A stretch of DNA of 64,000 bases from Octopus vulgaris (lineage: Eukaryota), in NCBI GenBank assembly GCA_951406725.2, contig OX597828.1, forward strand, positions 66,092,001-66,156,000, given 5' to 3'. The position numbers were made by a program, and so were the translations under genes. Of this stretch, positions 11,866-25,134 are shown in pieces. The first letter of the stretch is position 1; each line of letters opens with the position of its first letter. The notes below the pieces were generated by a model. The model was not told where the DNA came from and ran no database searches. It worked only from the letters and a program-made list of their open reading frames with translations.

Positions 11866-12271
11866 GGATCTTTTCGGTTTGACCGACAGTTTTTTAAAAT
11901 AATTTCCACGTAACTAAACACTTTTAAACTTCGTATACTGGTAGAATGTGTTTATAAAACCTCTTTTTCTCTTGGCTTTATTAAAAAAAATTCTATAGTT
12001 TGTAAGATATTTGTTGATTTTTTTCTTCAATTTCTGCAATTTCAACATATCAATGACGTCTGTTGAGGTGAAAACATTCTGTGCCGTATGAATATGTCCC
12101 TCGTTTAAGAAACAGATTGGGTTTATTTACATTTCTGAAGAAAAAAAGATACTCTTCCCCCTAACCCTAAAACAGATTGAAATGCAATAGATCGATACTA
12201 GGGTCATAATTATGGGTGACAATTTCATATGACACCGCTAGAAAAAACTGCCGTTCAAACCGAAAAGATCC
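11866..12271. mobile_element. ~400-bp MITE, copy 2 (inverted relative to copy 1)
   Basis: Same TIRs; perfect 8-bp TSD CACTCAAA at 11858-11865 and 12272-12279. Confidence 0.93.
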
Positions 12272-12769
12272 CACTCAAATTCTAAATAAATATTTTTTTC
12301 AGGTAGGAATTTTTCTTTCAAGTGATATGATTTATATATATTTTTTTTTAATTCAGCTAAAGAGACATAGTCTTAAATAGTCTTAATTGAATGCAAATTT
12401 TTAGGGAAGCCATGTTTTAATAAAATTTCTTTTGTTTTTATGTTACAGAAAAAAAGTTCTAAATAATATTTTTGTGCTTATTTGCAAGAAATGGTTCAGA
12501 AAGAAGTATCACAGAATAGGTCAGCTGGGAAGCATAAAGATAAAAATAGTTTTGTATATAATAATTGTAGTTACAGACTCCTAGAAGAGAAGTGTATGAA
12601 TAGTGCCATTGATGTATTTTGGGTAAGTGATAAAATTATAATGCTTAAGTTGTTGATAAAGAGCTACTAAACATTACAAATAGTTTAACTCTCGCACCTG
12701 ATGACTATGGCCTTGACACCAGATTAAGATAGAGCGGATTTGTATCATTTCTTATATTTAACTTAATTT

Positions 12770-13115
12770 TTAAAATTTAATTTAATTTTTATTGGCTCAA
12801 AAAGCAAAAGCAAGGCCATGTAGGGGGACAGGGAGTTATGTACAGGGAGGATGGTCATACAAAGAGTTCAGGCCATTTCTGGTCATGAGAGACTTTGAAC
12901 CGAGCGGTCGTCGACATCTTCACTATCTTGTCCGGCAGCTTATTCCATGGATCCACAACCCAGATGGAGAAAGCCCCTCTCCTTCGACTGAAATGAAATC
13001 GTCGTAGATAGAGCTTTTCGGAGTGACCCCGCAGCCCATGCTCTGGAGCAGGAGTGAAGAACAGCTCTTTCGAGAGGCTACACTTTCCGCTTATGATGTT
13101 GTGAGTGAGAATGAC
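12770..13115 (-). mobile_element. CR1-type LINE 3' end (family 1)
   Basis: Minus strand reads ...LRGHSEKLYLRRFHFSRRRGAFSIWVVDPWNKLPDKIV..FK, the CR1 ORF2 C-terminal pattern, followed by AATAAA and a short tail. Shorter copy at 35750-35908. Confidence 0.8.
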
Positions 13116-13578
13116 ATCACATGGGATCTAAATTGTACAAATTTACACATCATCATCATCGTTTAACATTTATTTTCTATACTGGCATGGATTGGATGGT
13201 TTGACAGGAGCTGGCCAGACTTCAATTGTCTGTTCTAATATGGTTTTTATGCCTGGCTGCCTTTCCTAACGCTAACCACTCTACAGAATATAACATGTGC
13301 TTTTTACGTGCCATTGGCACAAGTGCATTTGTGCAGCACCAGCACAAGTGTTCAATCAACACTGAAATAACAGCTGTAAACAAAATTACGTGCAATTTAC
13401 TTCTAAAGTAAGCTAAAAATAATGGCCATCAAATATCAAAAGGAAAAAAATTATAACATTGACAAAAGTCAAAAAAATTGTAACTCTATTTGCAAAAAGT
13501 GAAATTACTTTCTTGCCAACCTAATAAATGAAAACATATAGATATATTATTTGCAATTTAAAGTTTAATAGTTACATT

Positions 13579-13997
13579 GGATCTTTTCGGTTTGAACGGC
13601 AGTTTTTTAAAATAATTTCCATGTAACTAAACACTTTTAAACTTCGTATACTGGTAGAATGTGTTTATAAAACATCTTTTTCTCTTGGCTTTATTCAGAA
13701 AATTCTATAGTTTGTAAGATATTTGGGTTTTTTTCTTCAATTTCTGCAATTTCAACCAATCAATGACATCTACTGAGGTGAAAACATTCTGTGCCGTATG
13801 AATATATCTCTCGTTTAAGAAATAGATTGGGTTTATTTACATTTCTGAAGAAAAAAGATACCCTTCCCCCTAATCCTAACTAACCCTAACTCTAAAACAG
13901 ATTGAAATGCAATAGATCGATACTAGGGTCATAATTATGGGTGACAATTTCATATGACACCGCTAGAAAAAAACTGCCGTTCAAACCGAAAAGATCC
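13579..13997. mobile_element. ~400-bp MITE, copy 3 (same orientation as copy 2)
   Basis: Same TIRs; perfect 8-bp TSD GTTACATT at 13571-13578 and 13998-14005. Confidence 0.93.
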
Positions 13998-14350
13998 GTT
14001 ACATTTTCTAAGCAAGTTGAAATTTAATGACAAACGTGAAAACACTTGTGTTCCACACAAGCTTATGTTTGATACTAATTACAGAGAGATTGTTCAATCT
14101 ACAGTTGAGGCCAAAATGTTCAGAACGGCATTGTTTTCGTCAGAAAAGTAAGTATAAGTTTTTATCAAAGTTGTTTTATATTCTATAATTTTCACAGACA
14201 ATAAATACGATATTTGTTATTGTCTGAGATTTTGGTGTAATTTAAGAGGATAATACAAAAGTTATGGATGATTTAGTGATTTACTGCAAAACCCATGGCA
14301 GCCAAAGTGATCAGAACGGTTGCTTTTACTCCGTGTTTTAGTATATTTAA

Positions 14351-14572
14351 CCCTTTAGTATTTAAACTGGTTATATCCGGCCAAAAGTATCCTGCCTGTT
14401 TTATGCTCAAACTGGCCAGATCTGGTCTCTCACACCAACCCTACAATATCATTTTAAAAATTAACAGCTACCTCATCAAAATCTCATAGCACCAAGATTA
14501 ATGCCTGATTAGTTCAAGGCAATGTGGATAAAAAAGGATTAATTTTGGCAGAATAATGCAAACACTAAAGGG
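14351..14572. mobile_element. piggyBac-like MITE (second family)
   Basis: TTAA|CCCTTTAGT...ACTAAAGGG|TTAA; degenerate relatives at ~22205-22395 and ~27035-27405 (the latter split by an RTE tail). Confidence 0.75.
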
Positions 14573-15051
14573 TTAACCAGCGAACTCTAATGTTTTGAAT
14601 TTGTTTACGTGACGGTTCGTTTATTAAACATTAGTAAGAATATCTGCAGTGTACTTTGTTAATATAATGCCACTTACTCCGTTACCAAGTTTTGATTGGA
14701 CAGAACGGCAAGAGATATAGAACTAGGAATGAGGAGAATTAAGCTATCAAAGTTTTAATAGGGGACAGGACAAAGTATGGGAGATAAGAATGTGAATTGA
14801 ATGGGAGAAACGAATAATTATCATAGAGAAACAAACAAATTATCATTATAGAGGGACAAATAATTATCATAATAAACTTAACGAGATAGGACTAAAATTA
14901 AAATTATATTTGAGGGGACAATATCAATGGTTAGCTCATGAAAAACAAACAGTAAATAAATAATACATTTTAAGTGTTAGTGGCGAATGTAGTACGAGGG
15001 ATTGAAAGAAATGAAATGAGTAGATCTTAGCTTGCTTTGGACATCGTTGGC

Positions 15052-15096
<45 letters not shown>

Positions 15097-15334
15097 TACA
15101 TGTATATGTTTTTGTTTGTGCCCCTACCATCACTTGACAACTGATGTTGGTGTGTCTACATCCCTGTAACTTAGCGATTTGGCAAAAGCAGTCAATAGAA
15201 TAAGTACTAGGCTTACCAAGAATAAGTCTTGGGGTCGATTTGTTTGACTAAAGGCGGTGCTCGAGCATGGCCACAGTCAAATGACTGAAACAAGTAAAAG
15301 AGTAAAAAGTAAGGCTGAAGAGTTGTAGAGGAAT

Positions 15335-15368
<34 letters not shown>

Positions 15369-15811
15369 TCATTGTTTAACGTCCGCTTTCCATGCTGCCA
15401 TGGGTTGGATGATTTGACTGAGGGCTGGCGAACCAGATGGCTGCACCAGGCTCCAATCTTGATCTGGCAATGTTTCTACGGCTGGGTGCCCTTCCTAACA
15501 CCAACCACTCCCTGAGTGTAGTGGGTGCTTTTATGTGCCACCAGCACAGGGGCCAGTCAAGAAGTACTGGCAATGGCCATGCTCAAAAGGTGTTTTTACG
15601 TGCCACTTGCACAGGAGCCAGTCTAGCGGCACTGGCAACAATTCCACTCAAATATTTTTCACGTGCCACCAGCACAAGTGCCAGTAAGGCAACGCTGGTA
15701 ACGATCACGCTCGAATGGTGCTTTTTACACGCCACTGGCACAGAACCCAGTCAGCTGCTCTAGCAACGATCACGCTCGGATGGTGCTCTCTCTCTCTCTA
15801 TATATATATAT

Positions 15812-15843
<32 letters not shown>

Positions 15844-16034
15844 GTAGAGAGAGAAGGAGAGGGAGAGAGTACTGTTCTATTACTGGTAGGATCAACAGAA
15901 AAAGTACTCCATTCAGTGAAAAATAAATATTGAATAAACACAGAATTTAAATGTGAACAACTGTAAGTTTCATGCTCTGATAGAACAGCAATCATACAAG
16001 CTTGTCGAGTATGCTGTGTACTATCCAGTAACCG

Positions 16035-16692
16035 TTCAGGCTCAAGATAAACATGGCTGCTCTCTAAAAACTGTAAGAAAGAACAGGCCTGAACAGGGGG
16101 GGGGGGGATAGAAAGGAACAAATAAAAGCAAAGCTTGGTTGGAAGTAAAGGAAATAAGACTGGTGTCCCTTTGGCCTGTTAAAATGAGAATCAGCAATGG
16201 TTGGTGAAGGTTAATTCGATGAGGAAGAGTTAAAGTTTGTAAGGCTATATACCTAATCCAGACATGTGGTCTTCTCTAGTTCAAAAGTAGAAACTTGGCA
16301 AGGTGTTTGCATTTTGTGAAAAGCTCTAGTCTTGAGTCTAGTAATTTAGAGGAGTTCTTAGATTTATCCTTTTTAAATCTAAGAATTTCACTGACCTGAA
16401 CTTGAGATTGGAATGCTTCACAAAATGCAAACATCTTTTCAAGTTTCTACTATTGAACTAGAGAACACTACCCACTCTGGGTTAAGCCATGCTTAACAAA
16501 CTTTAATCTTTCCCCATCAAATTAACCTTCACAAACCATGGTTAATTCCCATTGTAACAGGTCAAAGCGACACAAATCTTATTTCCTTTCCCTCCAAGCT
16601 TTTCTTTTTCTCATTTCTTCCTTTTTTTCTTTATCTGTTTTGTTCTCTCATACTTTTTCTCCAACAGCAGCCATGTTCATTTAGAGCCTGAA
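16035..16692. repeat. ~660-bp diverged palindrome (foldback)
   Basis: Left arm 16035-16365 is the imperfect reverse complement of 16373-16692; perfect central stem ttcttagattta/taaatctaagaa. Confidence 0.85.
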
Positions 16693-18271
16693 AGATCAAA
16701 GAAGAAGGAGGAGGAGGAGGAGGAGGAGGAGAGAGAGCGAGGGAGAAAGGAGGAGAAAGAGGCAGAGAAGAAAAAATAAAAATCAACAAAGCAATTCTTA
16801 ATTTTTGAGAATTTTAAGCCACTTGATTTTGAGGTCCTTAGAAAACTTCTTAGAATTGACTCAATTCAAATATCATAAAGAATTAAGTAGATTTACGTAA
16901 AATATAATATGCTCTAAAATTCTCAATAAACAGCATTGTGTTTTGTCTATCATTTAAAATACGCCAGCCATTTACTTTCCTTTTTTAGCTATTGACATAA
17001 AATAGTTGGTGCATTAAATATGGTAATAATCAGTGTGATTATGGAGAACAGGGAAAGAAAAAAGTTTTTACAACTGCTCTTTTGACAAAACAAATATAGA
17101 CACTATAGTATTGTAAAGCAATTAAATGAAAACACTTTGAAATATGAAAGTAATTGTTCTAAAAGCAAATAAAATAAGTTTAATATAAGCATTAAAAAAT
17201 GCTAAACATTTATTTCAGCCAACTGGTTTCCTTTTTGTAAGCAATATCATTTACCCTTTCAAGTAACACTATAACAAGCTTGATCTCCTGTAGTTGTGTG
17301 TGTGTACTTGTAGTAATAGGTTAATAGTACAGATGCATCATAATGTTGGGGTTTTCTTAATTTGTTTGACCAAATTTCAGTATATTTCATTTCTGTTTTT
17401 TTCTTTCTAGAGCTTCCTTTTCCTTTTCTAAACAATATCATTTTCCCTTTCAGTAACAGTTTATTGAAACCCTGATCATCCAACCTCTATAACAAGCTTG
17501 ATCGCCTTTAGTTTCACGTGTTTGCACATGTGTGAGGTTGTCGTAGATACTAGACTATTAATAGTTGCATCAAAATTCAGCTATCTTCATCCTTTTGTTA
17601 CCGTGTTTCTGTAGTAATAAACTAACTTTATTTCAATTCCTTTTGAAAATTATGAAGAATTTATTGAAATAACTTTGTCAACATTAAGCTAGTGTTTGGA
17701 ACAAAAATTAACATGGAATTTTGATGGAAGGTTTTAATTAAAATTACTTTAAATCAGAAAGGTTGTATCATAGAACCAGGAGCAGCTTCAGACAGGTTAA
17801 TATCGAAAGAGTTAAGAAAGTACTAGTTAACTATTTAACTAGATTAATTTTCAGGGAAACTTTGACATCACTTCAAATAGTTAACTATGAAGTCAAGAGT
17901 GCATAGTATTTAGTGTATAGCATATGAATGCTCTTCATATTGTTAACCATATTTAGGAGGGAGTTGAGAAAAACTGCCTGGCATCATGTAGTAATATGAA
18001 ATGTTTTAATATGAGAAAATGGTAAACATTAATTTTCATTATAATTATCCAAAAGATGAATGAACTTATAAATACTTCTACCATGTGCCCAAGTAATAGA
18101 TATTTTATTTATCAACTAATAGTGTTAACCCATTCAACTATATTCATAACATCGACTACATTAATTATTTCTATCTTTAAACTCAGAGTTATTATAATGA
18201 AAGGTCTTGCCTATTTTTAATTGATTTTGTTTATATAAATTTTAGGTTGTTATACATAAAGGAACAAAGTA

Positions 18272-19371
18272 TTGGGTCATCCCATAAATAATGCGGTTTT
18301 TTTATACCGCGTTTATTTTTCAAAATTAAGATCTACTATTCTGACCTCGTCTACAGAATTCATATTTTTTCCATCAAAATGATTTTGAAGACTGTGGAAT
18401 AAATAATAACTAGATGCCTGGCAAATATAGTGGGTGAGGCATCGTTTCCCATTTAAAGTGCTGCAGCCTTTGGAATGTCATCCTCACGGTATGTGACCTA
18501 GCATTATCATGAGAGAAGAACACCTTTTGTCTTGAAACCAAAGATGGTCGTTTCTCTTCTAGCAGTGACTTCAGCCACTCGAGTTACTCATAGTGGATCT
18601 CCTTTATCATTTGGTTTGGGTTTAAAAATTCAAAGTGGACTAAACCTTTCATATCCCACCAAACAGATAACAACACCTCACATGGGGGTAGATGTATCCA
18701 CTGTATTCAGTGCTTGACAATTTTATAGAGAAACCATTTCTCGTCACCAGTCACAATTGGGTCCCAAAAAGGTTCATTTGTGAGACATGGCAGCAAAGAA
18801 AAGCACATTCACTCTCTGCACATGATTAGACTTGGAAAGTTTGTAAGGAAACCACTGACCCAATTTGCTGACCTTTCTGGTGGCACACAGGTGTCGATGA
18901 ATGGTTGAATAGCCAAATCCAAGCTTCTATGCTAGTTCTTCAACATGTTGGGATTTTGTTCTACCAGGGTTTACAGGACATCCTCATTGATCTCTACAGA
19001 TCTTCCGGGACGAGGCTCATCTTCTAAGCTGTAGTTTCCAGTTCAGAATTTCTGGAACCACTACTGACACTGGCTTATGCTTATTGCCCAATCCCCATAT
19101 ACTGCATTAATATTCCTTGCACTTTCTGTTGTGTTGTTGTTTTTATTGAACTCATAAAGAAAATTATACCAAATATGTTTCTTTGTCATTTCCATTATAG
19201 CTTTGAAAAAATAACTGTTAAAATCAAACTGCACTCTTCAAAACTTGCACTAAGAATAAGGTAAAATTGCTACTTGCTTTTATAGCAAGTTGATGCAGGT
19301 AGTTTATCCCATCCCCTTCTGACTTTTAGTTCATGCAATTGAAACAATTGCTATTTATGAGATGACCCCAA
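18272..19371 (-). mobile_element. mariner transposon relic, internally deleted
   Basis: TA|TTGGGTCATCCCATAAATA...TATTTATGAGATGACCCCAA|TA TIRs. Minus strand from 19195 reads MEMTKKHIWYNFLYEFNK...WFQKF*TGNYSLEDEPRPGR (mariner HTH region) with stops. Confidence 0.88.
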
Positions 19372-20221
19372 TATATGCATTCAGAAATTTGTCAATATAG
19401 ATCAAGGAAAGAAAAAAACTTTTTAAAGCTTACACTAATTGTGAAAAAAAAACCCACAAAAATAACAACAAAGTTAAAGATGAGCAAAAGAAAAGCCAAA
19501 CTGACAGCAAGAGATAATCGAAAACTGTATCCATAACCATTTTGTTATTGCAACAACAACAATGATTGTAATTGTCTAAGGATGTCAAGAAAAAAAAAGA
19601 AGTTTTTATTGAAAAATAGAAATACTTCTCACCTCTAACTTTTACTTTATAATTTGGTTATTCGTGTTAATATAAGCAGATTTTAAATACAATTCACCAT
19701 TATTGTACAGTAAACCCTTCAAAAATAACAAGCTATCAAAGAGGCCAATATGAGCCAATGACTGGGCCTCAGTCTCCTTCAAATCACACCTTGCAATTTT
19801 TTTTTTTTTTAAAAAGCAGGATAAACATGAATAATGTCTGAATAAAAGATGAGATTGTTTATGATTGGAAAGCTTTGTGATGTTCCTCATAAAATGATAT
19901 AAATCAAATCTTGAAGTTTAATTGAAGTATTTTTGTTTCTCATCTGAATTCAGTGCAGATGTGGGGTTAGATGACAATAGCAATCAACTGAAATTCTATA
20001 TGACATCAGAATGTTCTCAATACAAAATATTCATTTCAATCTGGGAAAATTTAATGAAAGAGGTGGGGAATACTTCATTATATATTTTATGGTATTTGGT
20101 GCCTCTTCCCTTTAAGATCAGTTCCTACCACAATTAACAAAATAAGTAGCAGCAAAAATGAATGGAAGAGAAACATTATTATACATACAAGTTATATAAG
20201 AGCTTATTTGTTATTCTAGAT

Positions 20222-20537
20222 CAGTGGTTCTCAACTGGAGTCCATATAATGTTTTTATGAGTTCGCACAAGCAAAATAGTAAATTGGGGATCCACAATAG
20301 TATCTTAGGGGTCCATGAAAATTTTTTGCCTTAGATGCATTTATTGCAAGGAACAGCTAACTTTCTTTGACATTTTACATAGTTCAAACTTCACAAGTGA
20401 ATGTATGATAGACAAAATAGGAACTCTGAAAGTAGTGTCTATAAAACTAGTTTTTAAACATCGAATGGCTATGGGGTTCACCAGAAAAGAATAGTAATTG
20501 AAGGGGCCCATAGATAAAAAATGGTTGAGAACCACTA
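20222..20537. mobile_element. hAT (Charlie/MER20-like) MITE
   Basis: CAGTGGTTCTCAAC...GTTGAGAACCACTA TIRs in a CTAGA-type target; related copies at 47083-47334 and 50817-51068. Confidence 0.8.
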
Positions 20538-23500
20538 CCCTAGAAAAATGTAAATAGTAAAGTTATATTTGGATTGAAATAGCTACTACCTGATTGGGAA
20601 GTATCAAATTAACCCATTAAAAGTTAGTTGCTGGTTTATCAGTTTTTAAATCCAAAAAAAAAGAAGAGAAGATAGATAATTCTAAAGATCTGCATGATTG
20701 GTTATCAAAATATTTTGAGTTAAAAGTGATATAAGAAATGTAAGAGACAGGGATGATTAACTTAAGTGGCTGTAATAACAAGTTGTTGCAATGATAGACA
20801 CAAGAAGGTCAGAGTTTAAACAATTAAGCGTGTAAAAATAAAACACATTGAAATGTTAGTTACAACTCCACGATTTTAAATTTTAAAACATCCTGTGACA
20901 TCATATTATCCCAATAAAAATTCCAGAACTAAATCTAATTAAGAAAAAAATTATTTTAAAATATCTGACATTACTTGACATTTCTTCAAAACATGTAATA
21001 AATAGTTTAATTTCTTATAGGAAAATAAGCAGAGAAATAAGAAAGTTTTTTTTCTTACCACCAAACTTAGGACACTGGTGAGGGGAAGACTGTGCTGCTT
21101 GCTTCTAAGAGTTTGCAGATGGTTATTATATATATATGTGCGTGTGCACGTGTATTTACATGCATACATATATATATATATAAGTATGTATGTAGGTGTG
21201 TGTATGTATGTATATTTGTCAGTACATTCCTTATAAGGACTGTATTGAGTAAGATATGAACCTATCCCTAAACCTTATTTCCCAGAAAAACAGTGTAGGC
21301 AGGCGGAGTTTAAGGCGGAGTTTAAGATAAAGAAAAATCACTTGTTTGCTGATTAATATTGTTACTGAATAAATGCGAGTAAATAGTGAACAAAAAAGAG
21401 AATATTTTTCATTCATAAAACATATTTAATGATTTAACTCTTTTTGGACTACGTTTCTAACAAAATACTGCCCATGTGTTCAGATTAAATTTTTAAATGA
21501 TTCACAAATTTTTGGAATGAGTTATTTCACAGCTGATTTCTTTTTATTACTGACAACCACACAGAGACAGGCTGACCTCAGACAGAATTTACAATGCTTG
21601 ATTAAGAGAATGTCTGATATTTCACAACTGATAAGAGTGGTGCTGCAGCAGGGAGAGAGGGAGGTGGCTTTGTGAAAGGAGATGAGTTAAAACATGAGAC
21701 GATGCACCAGCAGAGGGTTTCTTGATGCAGAGGAATTACACAGCTACTCATATTATAGATGAGAGGATGGGAATGACTGGGGTGGAGTTAAAAAGACATA
21801 AAATAGTGGTGGATGAACCCTCTAATTTAAAAACAAAAAGGTGAAATAAGATAGGATATCGTTCATCGTTTAACGTCCGCCTTCCATGCTAGCATGGGTT
21901 GGACGATTTGACTGAGGACTGGCGAACCAGACGGCCGTACCAGGCTCCAATCTTGATCTGGCAGAGTTTCTACAGCTGGATGCCCTTCCTAATGCCAACC
22001 ACTCCGAGAGTGTAGTGGGTACTTTTTACGTGCCACTGGCACGGGGGCCAGTCAGGTGGTACTGACAATGACCTCGCTCGAATCTTTTTACACATGCCAA
22101 TGGCACAGGTGCCAGTAAGGCGACGTTGTGAATAAAAGAAGAGATGGTCATAATTGGAAACCCTTATGATATTCTCCATGAAATATGCTATAAATCTTCA
22201 AGTTTAATCTTTAGCATTCAAATTACTCTTCCAAATATAACGTTTACTCATTTATATTGTTTTGAATTAAACATGCATTATCTCACAGCTTCAAGATGTC
22301 GATGATATGATTGTTTATTTTCAGAATGTCATTGTTAAATAGGTGTGGGATACCAGATCTGGCCAGTTTGAACATAAACAAAGGTAGGGCCAGATCTGGG
22401 GCTGAATGACAATAATTATCAACTGGAAGTTTATACATTAGAATACTCTCAATACAATATAGTCATTTCAATCTGGGAAAACTTGTTAATGAGAGAGTGG
22501 GGAACACATCATTATATATTTTACAGTATTTCGTGCCTCTTACCACTAAAATCAATTCCCACCCATCATCATCATCGTTTAACGTCCGCTTTCCATGCTA
22601 GCATGGGTTGGACGGTTCGACTGGGGTCTGGGAAGCCAGGAGGCTACACCAGGCCCAGTCTAATCTGGCAGTGTTTCTACAGCTGGATGCCCTTCCTAAC
22701 GCCAACCACTCTGTGAGTGTAGTGGGTACTTTTTATGTGCCACCAGCACTGGTATCACAACTACAATTTCCATTGATTTTTGAGCGATTTTGATTTCACT
22801 TGCCTCAACAGGTCTTCACAAGCAGAGTTTTGTGTCCCAAGAAGGAAAGGTATGCATAAGTGGGCTGGCTACATCCCAGGTAGATGATTAACAAAATAAA
22901 TAGTAGCAAAAATTAATGGAAAAGAAATATTATTGAATTTTAAAGAAAAAAAAACATAACTTTCCCATGTCTATCAATTATTTATTTATCGTTTCTAGCT
23001 ATTGACATAAAATATTTAATGCAATTAGATATTGTTTTGTTTTTTGTTTTTCCAGTTTCAGCTCTTGAGCTGTGGCCATGCTGGGGCACCGCCATTGTGG
23101 TGAAAGAGTACAGCAGGGATCACCACCCCCTGCCGGAGCCTCGTAGAGCTTTTAGGTGTTTTCGCTCAATAAACACACACAACGCCCGGTCTGAGAATCG
23201 AAACCGCGATCCTGCGACCGCGAGTCCGCTGCCCGGTTATAATCAATGTGATTAAAGAAGACACAGGGAAAGTAAAAAAAAAAGGTTTTACAACTGATGA
23301 TTTAGCAAAACACAGACATTACAGATTTGTAAACCAATTGAATTAAAATACTGTTGAAGTCTGGAGGTAATTATTTTAAAAGTAAATAAACGAAATAGGT
23401 TTATTATCAATACAAAAAAATTATTTAAAATCTATTTCATCTATTCGGATTTCCTTTTGTAAACAATATCATTTTCCTTACCACCATAACAAGCTTGCAT

Positions 23501-24831
23501 GACTAAGGTCCCTTTGACCGAGTGAGGCTACAGTAGGAAAGGAGATTGCTTTGTGCTAGATGAGAAGAGGTTCAAACAGAACAGATTTCTTGCTGTGGAG
23601 AAGCTACATGGCTACTCACATGTTAGAAAAGAGGGTGGGAGTGATTGGGGTGGAGCTGGAAAGAGATAAACCAGTGGTGATGAAGAGTGATCCTTCTTGG
23701 TAAGATGTGAGGAGAAATGAGCAGAGCACACAGGGAGTTTGTGTGGATAGTAGAGATTGAGAGAGATAGGGTGAATACAATGAGGAACAGGTGTTGAGGG
23801 ATGATAAGTAAGGAAGGGAGGGAAGAGGAGGTGACAACTGTAGAAAATGGGTAGGATTGAGGGGTGATGTAGATGGTGGATTGACCCATGATACATGAGC
23901 TGGGGGAGGAAAAAAAATGATTGACCATGCAGAAAAAGGAGGCATGGAGAGCAGCAGAATAGTAATAATTGTACAGTAATGGCCATAAAAGACATAGCAA
24001 ACCTACCAAGACTTGGCTGAGGACTCTCACAGAGAATCTGGCAGATGTAGGCCTACCTTGGGAAAAGGTTCACAACAGAGCCTGTGACCATGTTGGGTGA
24101 GATCTGTTATCACTCAATGCTCCATTGAAAAGTGAAGATAAAAGGTAAGTGGAGATAAAAGGTAAGTATGGAAGAAGTCATTGTTAAATGGTTATAAAAA
24201 AAAATAGACACATATTTTTTTAGAGAACAAAATGTAGGTGAGTGCTATTGTAATGGAAGTCTGTGTAATCAGAGAGCAGAAAATGAAAGAAGATATGTGA
24301 AATGGACGTGTGTTTCTGGATAATTTCGCAGGATTTTTGTAGTCAGCATGAGGTGGTTTGTGTTTATCTCTGGAGGAGTGGAAAGGGGATCTTTTGAAGT
24401 CGTGGTGAAAGCAAGAGACAGATACAGTACAAGTGTATGAGTGAAGTTCCTTTGAAGTTGGCGTGAAGCGGAAGAATTGATGTGTGTGAGAGAGAGAGAA
24501 AGTGTGTGTGTGTTTGATGGGGTGTTCGATATGGGCAAGGGAGTTAACTGGAATTTTGTTATTCACTTGTAGTGAGAGAATGTGTGAGTGAGTGACAGAG
24601 AAAAGGAGAGAGAGGTTATGTATGTTGGCGGGGGAATTCCATTAGAAAAGTTTTAATTGATTTTCTTGGTAAGTATGGAGGGGGCTAGGAAAAAATATAA
24701 ACTGCATTCCCATCTATGCATCCATCTCCACATGTGTGCCATTTTTCACACGAATCCACCCAGCCGTTTGGCTGTGAACCTCAAGACAAGAAAGAATACA
24801 ACGCTCACCCAAGTCCAATTTATATTATAGA

Positions 24832-24836
24832 TATAT

Positions 24837-24881
<45 letters not shown>

Positions 24882-24975
24882 CACACACATATATACATAT
24901 ATATATACACACACACATATATACATATATATATATATATACACACACACACATAAATATATATACACATATATA
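24832..24975. repeat. compound (TA)n/(CA)n microsatellite
   Basis: Direct reading; a second tract lies at 25072-25133. Confidence 0.9.
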
Positions 24976-25078
24976 GTTAATCCAAACAAGAAAGCACAAA
25001 AAAACACAACAACGCGAGGACATGGAACAAATATAGTATTATTGGACGCTCAGGAAAGAAGGAGGGTTTAACATATAC

Positions 25079-25111
<33 letters not shown>

Positions 25112-25134
25112 TATATATATATACATATATATAC

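Noticed and set aside
15530-15790. Regularly spaced repeats (ggtgctttttacgtgccac..gcac) with variable spacers, superficially CRISPR-like
   Set aside because: Internal tandem subunits of the RTE 3' UTR found in many copies; spacers are homologous to each other; eukaryotic context with no cas genes.
23612-24030. Overlapping ORFs in purine-rich tracts (also 4725-5161 and 29040-29267)
   Set aside because: Strand-biased low-complexity or repeat-derived sequence that is depleted of stops by composition.
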